Source of the DNA: an uncultured Chloroflexia bacterium | GTDB taxonomy: Bacteria; Chloroflexota; Ktedonobacteria; Ktedonobacterales; JADMIN01 | Direction: 5' to 3' | NCBI GenBank assembly: GCA_963718915.1 | Contig: CAVRAI010000013.1 | Coordinates: 420,001 to 452,000 of the forward strand | Length of the DNA: 32,000 nucleotides | Part shown: positions 17,808-26,302 of the stretch, in pieces | Position numbering within the stretch: position 1 is the stretch's first letter | Layout of the letters: each line of letters opens with the position of its first letter | The notes under the pieces: generated by a model | Told to the model about the DNA's origin: nothing | The model's database searches: none | What the model saw: the letters and a program-made list of their open reading frames with translations, nothing else | Made by a program: the position numbers and the translations under genes

Positions 17808-17983
17808 GGCATGTACCGCAAAGTGCGTGCCTGACACATACGTTGGCAGTGAGAAGTTGACAATCAGGCGCCTGCCCAACTCGCCGCGCCACCCCATCGG
17901 CGCCGCGGGTCGCTGGCCGCGGTAACTGTTCTTCACCGAAAACCGCTCGGCGAAAGAGCCAGATCGAAGCACTCCCTGGTGCG

Positions 17984-17995
17984 TCTACTAGTAGA
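17984..17995. repeat. Perfect 12-bp palindrome TCTACTAGTAGA
   Basis: Read directly. It lies about 40 nt downstream of the gatD stop and contains the generally rare CTAG tetranucleotide. Confidence 0.35.
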
Positions 17996-18035
17996 TACGA
18001 GGAAGAGGCCTGGAGGTTCTGCGAGAGAAGTGCAG

Positions 18036-18863
18036 TCAGGACGTTCGGGCTACATCAAAATAGTGTGATCGCGGTGAAACATCGAGTCGGCGCAGCATCG
18101 TTTCGTGCGCCCGCCATTCCTCGGTGTCGGCGAGTGGCGGCAGCAATCGCAAGCCGCTGCCCGGCCCATAGCGGCGATCCAGCGCCAGCCGCAGCATATG
18201 GTCGGCAAAGTGCGGATTCTTCGGCAAAAGCGAGCCATGCAAATAGGTGCCGTAGGTGTTGCGATAGACACATCCCTCGCGTCCGTCTTCGCTGTTGTTA
18301 CCGTGGCCAGCCAGCACGCGCCCCAACGGCTGCGCGCCGCTCCCGAGATACGTACGGCCGCCGTGATTCTCGAAGCCAATGAGTGTGCTCTCACCCCATG
18401 CCAGGGCGACGTTGCCGATGCAGCGGGCCACCTTCTTACCCTTGTGGATCGTCCAGGCGTCGAAGATACCGATACCTTCCAGGTCCGGCCCTTCGGCTGG
18501 ATGGTAGTATTTCGCGAGGAGCTGGTAGCCGCCGCAGACCGCCAGTACCGGCATATCGGCCTCCACCGCGCGCGCAAAGCCGTCCATTTTCACCTCACGC
18601 AGATCGCGGGCCACTTCGTCCTGCTCTTTATCCTGCCCCCCGCCGATGAATAACATGTCATAGGCATCGGGATTGAGTGGTTCGCCAATCTCCAGCGGGG
18701 TTACCTGCAAGGTCACACCACGCCAGGCGGAGCGCTGTCGGAGCACGATGATATTGCCCCGGTCGCCATACATATTGAGCTGGTCGGGATAGAGATGGCC
18801 CAGTCGTAGTGTCGGACCATCCATCGGGCCTGTTGCCGATGCGAATGGCGTAACGTCAGACAT
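18036..18863 (-). CDS. gatD: Glutamine amidotransferase GatD (CobQ/CobB-type GATase subunit of lipid II isoglutaminyl synthase)
   Basis: LRLGHLYPDQLNMYGDRGNI, FIGGGQD, nucleophile motif LAVCGGYQLL, and GTYLHGSLLPKNP. The ATG at 18863 overlaps the murT stop (ATGTCTGA). The track extension to 19064 lies inside murT in another frame. Confidence 0.85.
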   Translation of the reverse strand: MSDVTPFASATGPMDGPTLRLGHLYPDQLNMYGDRGNIIVLRQRSAWRGVTLQVTPLEIGEPLNPDAYDMLFIGGGQDKEQDEVARDLREVKMDGFARAVEADMPVLAVCGGYQLLAKYYHPAEGPDLEGIGIFDAWTIHKGKKVARCIGNVALAWGESTLIGFENHGGRTYLGSGAQPLGRVLAGHGNNSEDGREGCVYRNTYGTYLHGSLLPKNPHFADHMLRLALDRRYGPGSGLRLLPPLADTEEWRAHETMLRRLDVSPRSHYFDVARTS

Positions 18864-20349
18864 CTTTCTGCTCCCAGTAGCGCGGGGTGTACCCTCGCCG
18901 CGAAATCTCCCCACGAACAGCCAGCATCGCGGTATACGTTGGAACGATATAGAGCGTCTCACCCGCTGGCACATGTGCCAGCGCCGCGGTAAGCGCCGCG
19001 CCAATATCCTGTTCGACAGTATCAGGTGGCGTTCCGGCATATTTGAAGCGGAGCGCGAGATCATAGGCGCGAATGCCGGAGGTCGTCAAGCTGGCAATCT
19101 TGCCTATCACCTGCTCAAAATCGGCGTCCCAGATCCACGAGACATCCTCACCATCCGCCGCGCGGTCATTTAGAATGAAGAGCAGGTGATGCTTTGCCTC
19201 GTCCTGGCCGAGCGCGCGCAGCACCTCGTTCAATCCAGTCGGATTCTTCGCCAGCAGCAGAAGCGCGGCCTGGTCGCCCATGACGATGCGCTCGCCACGG
19301 CCGAACGCTGGCGTAAAACTTTCCAGTGCATCGTGAATGGCCGGGAGAGTCGCGCCCATCACCACACCTGCCGTCGCAGCAGCCAGCGCGTTATACACAT
19401 TGTAGAGGCCGGGCAAATACACCGTGGCATCCGTCTGGCCGAGCGGCGTTTCCAGGGTGAAGCGAGAGCCGTCGAGGCCAATGAAGCTCACCTGACGCGC
19501 TCGCACGGCGGGGTCGGGCCTGGCGAAACCACAGGCGGGGCAGCGCCAGTGGCCAATATGGCTGTAGAATCGTTCGGTGACGGTCAGCAACTGACGACAG
19601 CGGGGACACGTGCGCGTATCCACCACGTGAACACGCTGCGCATCGTCCTCAGATGTTGGCGCATCCTCGATACCGAAGTAAAAGATGGGGCTGCCAGCCG
19701 GTCGAGCATCCGCCAGCGCCGCGACCGCCGGATCGTCGGCATTGAGTATCAGCGTGGTCGTGGCGGGCAGCCGCGCCAGCGCATCGCGCCAGCGCTCGGC
19801 GACGGTATCCACCTCGCCATAACGATCCAACTGGTCGCGAAAGAGGTTGGTGACGAGAATCGTGCGTGGCTGTAGCTCTGAGACTACCTGCGGAAATGCC
19901 GCCTCATCTACCTCGAAGACACCCGCCGCGTCGCCCTGCTCGCGTAGTTTGCCGCTGAGCGCCGCATGCGCCATCAATGATGTAGCGATGCCGCGCGCCA
20001 GATTCGATCCTTCTCGGTTGCGCCAGACACGCAGACCCGCTTGCCGCAGGACGCTGGTGACGAGTGCGCTGCTGGTGGTTTTGCCATTCGTTCCGGTTAC
20101 CACAATGTTGCCATGTCGCATCTGTGTGCCAAGGTGTCTGGTGACATGAGGATCGACGTAGCGGGCAACCAGACCCGGCAGACTGGTGCCACCACCCAGT
20201 CGCAGGCGGCGCAGCATCGTACCCGCGGCTCGCCCGGTGGCGATGGCCGCACTAGCACGAATGCGAAAACGCACCCGGTCGCGTGGCGCGGCAGGCAGAG
20301 TAGTATGTGAACGACCACTCGACGCGGTCACGGGTGTTGGCTGCTTCAT
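18856..20349 (-). CDS. murT: Mur-ligase-family protein MurT (lipid II isoglutaminyl synthase, ligase subunit)
   Basis: VVTGTNGKTTSSALV (Mur ligase P-loop), a Cys4 ribbon CPRCRQ...CPACGF, and a C-terminal DUF1727-like region (DVSWIWDADFE). It pairs with the downstream gatD. Confidence 0.88.
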   Translation of the reverse strand: MKQPTPVTASSGRSHTTLPAAPRDRVRFRIRASAAIATGRAAGTMLRRLRLGGGTSLPGLVARYVDPHVTRHLGTQMRHGNIVVTGTNGKTTSSALVTSVLRQAGLRVWRNREGSNLARGIATSLMAHAALSGKLREQGDAAGVFEVDEAAFPQVVSELQPRTILVTNLFRDQLDRYGEVDTVAERWRDALARLPATTTLILNADDPAVAALADARPAGSPIFYFGIEDAPTSEDDAQRVHVVDTRTCPRCRQLLTVTERFYSHIGHWRCPACGFARPDPAVRARQVSFIGLDGSRFTLETPLGQTDATVYLPGLYNVYNALAAATAGVVMGATLPAIHDALESFTPAFGRGERIVMGDQAALLLLAKNPTGLNEVLRALGQDEAKHHLLFILNDRAADGEDVSWIWDADFEQVIGKIASLTTSGIRAYDLALRFKYAGTPPDTVEQDIGAALTAALAHVPAGETLYIVPTYTAMLAVRGEISRRGYTPRYWEQKDV

Positions 20350-23300
20350 GTTTCCTGCTGTGACTCCCTCAGCACTCGTTGGAGTGTCGTAATCAGCACC
20401 TCATCCGGGCACGGTTTCGTCAGATATGTGCGCACGCCCAGCTCCATTGCCTGGCGATGATATTTCTCGGCTGCGCGTGATGTCAGGATCACCACCGGCG
20501 TCCGCGCCAGTGACTCGTTACCGCGAATGACCGAGAGCAACTCGAAGCCGTCGAGTCTGGGCATCTCCAGATCCAGTACCATAATGTCAGGCAGGTCGGA
20601 GATCATCGCACCCAGCGCCTCGACACCATCACGCGCGAGCCGAACGTCGTAGCCCACGCTACTGAGCGCCCCTTCGAGCGCATGACGCATCGAGATCGAA
20701 TCATCGACAACCAGCACGACTGGGATACGGTCACGCGATGGCGCAGCGGCGGGAACTGGACGCGGCGGCGGTGCGGTCTTGCCACCAAGCGCGTCGGTGA
20801 GCAAGTCGGCAAGATCCAGCACCAGGAACAGTCTCCCATCAGACGCGATGCTTGCTCCACGAACCGCCCGGCGACGCAGATGCGCTGGCAGTGCGCGAAT
20901 GACCACCTCGGACTCGTCCAGTACCTCATCCACCAGCACGGCGACCTGCCGCTGGCCCACATCCACGAGCAACGCCATGTGGGTCACTGGCGGCGCTTCA
21001 TCCAGACCAAGCAATTCGGCCAGCGAAAAGACAGGCACTTCATCATACAACGCGACCGCTGGATCATCCGGTAACCGTAACGGACGTTGCGGGGACGGGC
21101 GCGCCACACGCACGCGACGCGGGAATCGCCCGGCAACAGTGCCTGGCTCAGCATCCGGGAGCGAGACGAGAATTCCCGACTCAGGCGCCATGAACATCTG
21201 GCGAATCGATGCGAAGGGAATCGCATACTCATGGTCGGCGACACGCACGTGCAAAGCGCGCGTGATGCTGAGTGAGATGGGGACGCGAATCTGGAAGACC
21301 GTACCCCGTCGCTGCTCGCTCCGTACGCTGATCGAGCCACGCAGGCGCTGGATATCAGTCAGGACGCTATCGAGACCAATACCATGCCCCGCAATTACAT
21401 CGGCCTGCTCGGTGGTGCTCAGATTTGACTCGAACATCAGCGCGAGCGCCTGATCGCGTGTCAGATAGTCGGCATGTTTCGCGTCGAGAATCTTGGCAGA
21501 CACCGCCGCGGCGATCAGTTGATGTGGATTGACACCGCGCCCGTCGTCGCCCACTTCGATGCTGACCTCGTTGCCAGAATATGATGCATGCAGCCACACC
21601 TTGCCCGTCGTCGGCTTTCCCAGCGCCTCGCGCTCGCCGGGAGATTCAATGCCGTGGGCAACGGCATTGCGCACTAACTGCACAATCGGCGCAATCAGCG
21701 CCTCGCTGATATTACGGTCAATCTCTGTATTCTGGCCAACAATAGACACTTGTACCTGTCTGCCGACGGTTTCAGCCGCCTGATGGGCCGCCAGCAAGAC
21801 ACGATCCGCCAACGTCTTCAGGCTCACCAGCCGCATATGAATAATCGTCTGCTGCATCGCATGCAACACCGAGCGCTGGGCATCACTGTTTCTAGTCAGC
21901 CGCTGGATGAGCGCATAGAGCGAGTTGCTGAGGGTAGTCGCGTCGAGAACGGCCTCTGAGAGCGCGCGCAGTTTTTCATCGAAGAGTGTGAACGAGTCCA
22001 GTTCCAGATCATCCCATGCGCCACCGCCCGCTTCCTGGCGAACCAGCCAGCGAGGGCCACTCGTTCCTGCTTGCGCCGCGTCGCCGGTCTGGCGAATAAA
22101 TGGATGGAGGTCTGTGAGTTGGGCGCTCAGGCCAGCCAACCTGGCCAGCACCTGGTCAATATCCGACTGAGCCCGGTGAATCTCCTCACTGCTCTGGGTC
22201 AGGCTGGCCCGATTCATCGCCAGGCTATCGGACTGATGCATCAGGCTATCAAGCTGGCGTGGCTCGACGCGAAGCATTTCTTCATCGACCGCGCGATGGA
22301 CGCTGGGCAGCTGCATTGTGATCGGCTCAGATACCGTCTCAGGGGCCAATGGCACGCGAATCCCATCACTCGGCGCCACATCAGAAGGTTCCTGAGAACC
22401 TGCGAGATCGCGCGCCTCCGCAAGCAAGGACCTTGCCTCCAGCAGTCGCATCTGGCTCGCGTCGCCCTGTTCGCCCGCCTCCTGGAGCGCCGCTTCGATG
22501 ACATCAGCCAGCCGTATCAACAGGCTCAAGCAGGCCGCCGCACGCGAGACAGCCACTGGCTGAAGCACCTGTGGCACGACCTCAAGGCAAAACAGGATGT
22601 CGGCCAGCATGTGAAAGAGATAGGTGGCGACGGTGCCCTTAATCTTATGAACCAGTTGCCACATGTCGCGCAGGTCGTCCAGACTGCCAGGCATTTTGCC
22701 AAATGAGGCAATCAGGGCACGCAGATCAGCCAGATCACCCGCGGCCTCTGACAGACATTCGCGTCGCATGGATTCGGGAATCACATCGCGGCGGTCGCGC
22801 CCTGGCTGGCGGAGTGTTTGTGCAACCTCACCTGGTGCGCGCTGGCGGAGCGGAGCGCTCTTGAATGTGCGGATAACCGCCTGCGTCTCTATCGAATACT
22901 GGCTCTCATCGAACGTCTCGTCGTCCGGCTCCGCTACCATCTGCGTCGATGAGGCTGCCCCATATGCCTCTGGATATGCCTCTGGATATGCCTCTGGCTC
23001 AATCTTTACCTCGGCAGGAACAACATCAGCCCCATCTGCATTATCGTCCCCATCTGTCTCCTCAGCATCCCACTCGCACCTGCCTGGTCGGACTGAGCAG
23101 GCTCGGCTGCCCCAGCAATAACGCCTGCGGCGCCAGTGTTTGCTCGTCCGCATCGGCTGCTTGGTAGCATGGGCTGCCGTAGCGCCCGCAGCGCCAGGCA
23201 AGGTGACATCGTGTACGCGGGCGCGTATGTACGCAAGCACGGCGTCTATCGCGCCCAGGCTCTCCTCAGAAGGGAGACCGATACTGGCCTGTTCGAGGCT

Positions 23301-23525
23301 AAGGGTCGCGCGCGCGCAGTCTGCCATGCCCGATTGCTCCAGCAATCGCCGCAGGCGCTCGCAGAGTTGCCGGAAATCCTCTGGTGTCGGGGGCAAAGCT
23401 GCGCCATCGTCTGTTGCGGCAGAGGATATGGTGAGTTGGCCGATCAATTCGCGCACCGCATCGCTACGTCGGCCAATCTCCACTGCGCCTTCTCCCGCCT
23501 CGCCGTTGACGTAAGGATCATTCAT
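20346..23525 (-). CDS. CheA-type hybrid histidine kinase (uncharacterised N-terminal region, Hpt, dimerisation, HATPase, CheW-like P5, C-terminal receiver)
   Basis: Hpt: MWQLVHKIKGTVATY. ATPase: QLVRNAVAHGIE, VGDDGRGVN, GHGIGLDSV, GTVFQIRVP. P5: HVRVADHEYAIPFASIRQ. REC: VLVVDDSISMRHAL...IMVLDLEMPRLDGFELL...VVILTS...YLTKP. The start overlaps the cheW stop and the stop overlaps the murT start. Confidence 0.9.
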   Translation of the reverse strand: MNDPYVNGEAGEGAVEIGRRSDAVRELIGQLTISSAATDDGAALPPTPEDFRQLCERLRRLLEQSGMADCARATLSLEQASIGLPSEESLGAIDAVLAYIRARVHDVTLPGAAGATAAHATKQPMRTSKHWRRRRYCWGSRACSVRPGRCEWDAEETDGDDNADGADVVPAEVKIEPEAYPEAYPEAYGAASSTQMVAEPDDETFDESQYSIETQAVIRTFKSAPLRQRAPGEVAQTLRQPGRDRRDVIPESMRRECLSEAAGDLADLRALIASFGKMPGSLDDLRDMWQLVHKIKGTVATYLFHMLADILFCLEVVPQVLQPVAVSRAAACLSLLIRLADVIEAALQEAGEQGDASQMRLLEARSLLAEARDLAGSQEPSDVAPSDGIRVPLAPETVSEPITMQLPSVHRAVDEEMLRVEPRQLDSLMHQSDSLAMNRASLTQSSEEIHRAQSDIDQVLARLAGLSAQLTDLHPFIRQTGDAAQAGTSGPRWLVRQEAGGGAWDDLELDSFTLFDEKLRALSEAVLDATTLSNSLYALIQRLTRNSDAQRSVLHAMQQTIIHMRLVSLKTLADRVLLAAHQAAETVGRQVQVSIVGQNTEIDRNISEALIAPIVQLVRNAVAHGIESPGEREALGKPTTGKVWLHASYSGNEVSIEVGDDGRGVNPHQLIAAAVSAKILDAKHADYLTRDQALALMFESNLSTTEQADVIAGHGIGLDSVLTDIQRLRGSISVRSEQRRGTVFQIRVPISLSITRALHVRVADHEYAIPFASIRQMFMAPESGILVSLPDAEPGTVAGRFPRRVRVARPSPQRPLRLPDDPAVALYDEVPVFSLAELLGLDEAPPVTHMALLVDVGQRQVAVLVDEVLDESEVVIRALPAHLRRRAVRGASIASDGRLFLVLDLADLLTDALGGKTAPPPRPVPAAAPSRDRIPVVLVVDDSISMRHALEGALSSVGYDVRLARDGVEALGAMISDLPDIMVLDLEMPRLDGFELLSVIRGNESLARTPVVILTSRAAEKYHRQAMELGVRTYLTKPCPDEVLITTLQRVLRESQQET
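22963..22998. repeat. 3 x 12-nt in-frame tandem repeat (tatgcctctgga) encoding (EAYP)3 in the CheA N-terminal region
   Basis: Read directly. The protein reads EPEAYPEAYPEAYGA. Confidence 0.8.
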
Positions 23526-24255
23526 GGGCCGATGCCTCCACGCTCAGCAACGCATCGAGCAGGGCATCGAGTAACATGTCCACCTTCACGACGTACAGCG
23601 CCGCCTTGCTGGTCGGTTCTTTATAGATACCCGCCTGAAAGCGTGGGGCGGGCGCGCGGGCAGAAGTCGCATCGATAAGGTCGCTCCGTATCTCGCCCGG
23701 TTGGACGTAGGCCAGGTCGCTAACCCCGGCCACAGCCAGCGCGAGCATGCGCTCGCCCACCCCAATGATGAGCGCTGTCGGGCCACTCTCAGGGACAGCC
23801 AGCCGCCAACTCTCGCCACTGGGAGAAGTCGCACCAGGCTTGATGACACGTCCATTGCGCGCGCGAGAACGCGAAAGGCTCGCCATCTCCGGCGCGGCGA
23901 ACAGGAACGGCGCCGGGTCGACCAGCCCAATCAATTCGGTATGCAGCGCGAAGAAACCGAGCATCCATGGTGGACTGAGCGGGAGCGCAACCGTCGTGGG
24001 TAGCGTTGGCAAGACTTCCCGGAACTGTGTCAGCGGCGCGGCGCACGCCACATCGGCACAGGTGAAGAGCAGATACGGATCGCCTTCGGGCGCGACAACT
24101 GGCGCATCACCGCGCTTCACCTGTTCCATGGCAATGCGCTGCTCATCAATCGTGTGCGCCCGCGCCAGCGCGAGGAGCTGCGAAAGATTCAACGGCGCCT
24201 GCGCGCCCGATGGAGGCGAGACATGCTCCGATTCGTCCTGCTGAGAAGTATTCAT
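23518..24255 (-). CDS. cheW: CheW-like coupling protein (with N- and C-terminal extensions)
   Basis: CheW-domain pattern YLLFTCADVACAAPLTQFREVL...LPLSPPWMLGFFALHTELIGLVD...ALIIGVGERMLALAVAGVSDL. There is an 8-nt overlap (ATGAATGA) with the cheA-like start. Confidence 0.78.
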   Translation of the reverse strand: MNTSQQDESEHVSPPSGAQAPLNLSQLLALARAHTIDEQRIAMEQVKRGDAPVVAPEGDPYLLFTCADVACAAPLTQFREVLPTLPTTVALPLSPPWMLGFFALHTELIGLVDPAPFLFAAPEMASLSRSRARNGRVIKPGATSPSGESWRLAVPESGPTALIIGVGERMLALAVAGVSDLAYVQPGEIRSDLIDATSARAPAPRFQAGIYKEPTSKAALYVVKVDMLLDALLDALLSVEASAHE

Positions 24256-24311
24256 GAAAGAGGCCGCCCTCAGTCTCCTGGTCGCCAGCGGAATCGCGCC
24301 GCGTAAGCGTA

Positions 24312-24338
24312 GCCTTCTTATGCCTTCTTATGCCTTAT
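24312..24338. repeat. 2.7 x 10-nt tandem duplication (gccttcttat) spanning the receiver-gene stop codon
   Basis: Full copies at 24312-24321 and 24322-24331, with a partial copy at 24332-24338. TAA 24330..24328 lies in copy 2. Confidence 0.8.
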
Positions 24339-24822
24339 GGCCTGCCATATCCTCAGGAATATCGAGGGCAAGCAGTGGGAATATCTTATGGACCAGTTCA
24401 GGTTCGTCAAACGGCTTCGAGATGAACTCGTCCGCGCCCGCGCGTTTGGCGCGGAACCGGTCGAAAATTCCATCATGCCCCGACAACATGACAATGGGCA
24501 CTGAGCGAAACTCTCGTTTATTGCTGAGCAACGTCGCCACATCATAGCCGTTCATATGGGGCAGATTGATATCAAGCAAGACGAGATCGGGAACGGGCGC
24601 CGTGCCTTCGTTCAGCGCGTTCAGTGCGTCGACGCCGCTATGGAAAAGCATCGTACTGATGCCATATTTCTGTAGCGAGAATTTCACGATCCGGCAGATC
24701 ATGTTCGAATCATCGACGACAAGCACCAGCTTGACGTTGTCATCGTCGCCAGGCTCAGGGTCGTAGAGCGGTCGTGTCCGAGAAGCGCCGGGATTTCGTG
24801 GGATCGATCCGAATGCATGCAT
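24328..24822 (-). CDS. Single-domain CheY-like response regulator receiver
   Basis: VLVVDDSNMICRIV...DLVLLDINLPHMNGYDV...IVMLSGH...FISKPF. RBS GAGGAGG lies 6 nt upstream of the ATG at 24822. Confidence 0.9.
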   Translation of the reverse strand: MHAFGSIPRNPGASRTRPLYDPEPGDDDNVKLVLVVDDSNMICRIVKFSLQKYGISTMLFHSGVDALNALNEGTAPVPDLVLLDINLPHMNGYDVATLLSNKREFRSVPIVMLSGHDGIFDRFRAKRAGADEFISKPFDEPELVHKIFPLLALDIPEDMAGHKA

Positions 24823-24893
24823 GAGATTCCTCCTCTACCACGCAACCGTGCAACATTGCTCGTTGCCGCCTGCATCGCCCTCCGCGATCATTA

Positions 24894-24933
24894 CCTCAGC
24901 GCCTCAACGCCTCAACGCCTCAGCATCTCAACA
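24894..24933. repeat. Five tandem 8-nt units (minus strand: TGTTGAGA TGCTGAGG CGTTGAGG CGTTGAGG CGCTGAGG) in the DUF4388-REC intergenic spacer
   Basis: Read directly. The array begins 8 nt after the DUF4388-gene stop codon, about 70 nt upstream of the receiver-gene ATG. Confidence 0.8.
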
Positions 24934-24941
24934 TCATCCGT

Positions 24942-26195
24942 TCATTCGTCGGCAACAGACTGCCCGCGAAACGTCGCAAATAGCTCTTCCCAGACCTCTT
25001 TATTCTGTGACCGCACCCGTGGCGAAGCGATGCGAGAGTTGATCGCTTCGAACGCGGTTGCCAGGGCGCGCAATAGCATCTCAAGGACGGCACGATAAAA
25101 CTCCGGCGCCACCTGAAGACGGCCACGCATGTTGCCATCAAGCGTGCGCTTACAAAAAGCCGCGAAGTCGTCAACGTCAATGCGGTTACGGTCTATCTTG
25201 AAATCATACCCGCTGATGCCGGTCAGTCGCTCGCGCGCAAGAAGAATCGCGAGTGTATCAGGAGCCAGACCCAAATGCTGGTTCCGGCAGGCCTCTTCCA
25301 ATGAAAGCATCGTCTGATTGATAAACGTCGCGAGCGCTACAAGTTGATCGACTGGCGACTTCTTCTTGATCCAGTCCTGCTCCATACGCTGCACAAGCGA
25401 AAAGAGGTCGAAGTTATTCATACTCAGCCGCTCGGCTTCATCGGGAAGCCCCGGCGCGCCGGCAACGCCTACCGGCAGGAGGAGTTGCTGGCGAACCAGA
25501 TGCGCCAATTGATGAGCAACCTGCTCTTCGGGCTGGCGAACGGCTGTTGCGATACGACGAACGCTGTGCTGTGTGTTGACATGGGCTATGATCCGCCAGA
25601 CACCCGTTGGAAACTGGAGCGGCTGCTGCGTTGGGGGCATCGACGCAAGCGCAAGGTGTGTGCGGGTGCCATCCGGCAACTGCTCGGCCAGCTCGTTCCA
25701 TTCCTGTTCGTAGCGCATCATCTCCATGACAGCCTGTGTCATCGAGAGGCGCAAATCACTGGAGTCCAGTGGCGCGCGTTCGTCGGGACGAAACTCATAC
25801 GAACCCTCGCGCCAGAGCGCCATCTCGCGCATCGTCCAGAGCGCCTGCGTCTTGAGCGCCATCGCCAGTTGCTCGCGTGAAAGGAGATTCAGGTCAACCA
25901 GCCGTTCGCCAATGCGCTTGCCAAGAGGATCCTGCGTCTGCATCAGGTAGGCGCGATCAATTTGCGCGGGGGTCACTATGTTGAGTTGTTGCAGCACGTT
26001 CCCAAGGGTCAGCGCCTCGGTATCCAGTTCGGTGCAGCTGACAATCGAACCAGACTCCACGTAGATTAGCCCGGAACGATCGTCTTCCGAGTGGAGGTGG
26101 AGCGCGCCTGTGCTGGCATTCAGCCCCATGACCTGCAACAATTCAGCCGGACGGAACCCTTCGAGCCGACCTTTGAGTACAGAATCCTGTGGCAT
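24942..26195 (-). CDS. DUF4388 (PATAN)-domain protein with a GspE-N/MshEN-like repeat and an uncharacterised C-terminal half
   Basis: N-terminus LKGRLEGFRPAELLQVMGLNASTGALHLHSEDDRSGLIYVESGSIVSC matches the DUF4388/PATAN pattern. LGNVLQQLNIVTPAQIDRAYLMQ...LGKRIGERLVDLNLLSREQLAMALKTQ resembles T2SS-E N-terminal repeats. I prefer the ATG at 26195 (the domain then starts at residue 7) over GTG 26243. Confidence 0.72.
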   Translation of the reverse strand: MPQDSVLKGRLEGFRPAELLQVMGLNASTGALHLHSEDDRSGLIYVESGSIVSCTELDTEALTLGNVLQQLNIVTPAQIDRAYLMQTQDPLGKRIGERLVDLNLLSREQLAMALKTQALWTMREMALWREGSYEFRPDERAPLDSSDLRLSMTQAVMEMMRYEQEWNELAEQLPDGTRTHLALASMPPTQQPLQFPTGVWRIIAHVNTQHSVRRIATAVRQPEEQVAHQLAHLVRQQLLLPVGVAGAPGLPDEAERLSMNNFDLFSLVQRMEQDWIKKKSPVDQLVALATFINQTMLSLEEACRNQHLGLAPDTLAILLARERLTGISGYDFKIDRNRIDVDDFAAFCKRTLDGNMRGRLQVAPEFYRAVLEMLLRALATAFEAINSRIASPRVRSQNKEVWEELFATFRGQSVADE

Positions 26196-26302
26196 GTCAA
26201 TAAACTCTCTAGAATACCAGGCACAACGCATACCGTGCGCCACGACGGCGCCATGCTCATAGCGCGATCCGCGGAGACAAACCAGCCACTCGCACCTGGG
26301 GC

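Noticed and set aside
18864-19064. Upstream extension of gatD (342 aa in the track)
   Set aside because: The extension lies within the murT coding region in another frame and has junk composition. The conserved GatD N-terminus begins shortly after the ATG at 18863, which overlaps the murT stop.
24703-24711. GTTCGAATC, a tRNA T-loop-like string
   Set aside because: It lies inside the receiver-domain CDS, and no acceptor, D or anticodon arms can be drawn around it. I found no tRNA anywhere in the window.
22963-24933. Short tandem repeats (12-nt x3, 10-nt x2.7, 8-nt x5) considered as a CRISPR array or minisatellite
   Set aside because: The units are far too short, are contiguous without spacers, and sit partly inside coding sequence. 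They are not CRISPR. I report them only as simple tandem repeats.
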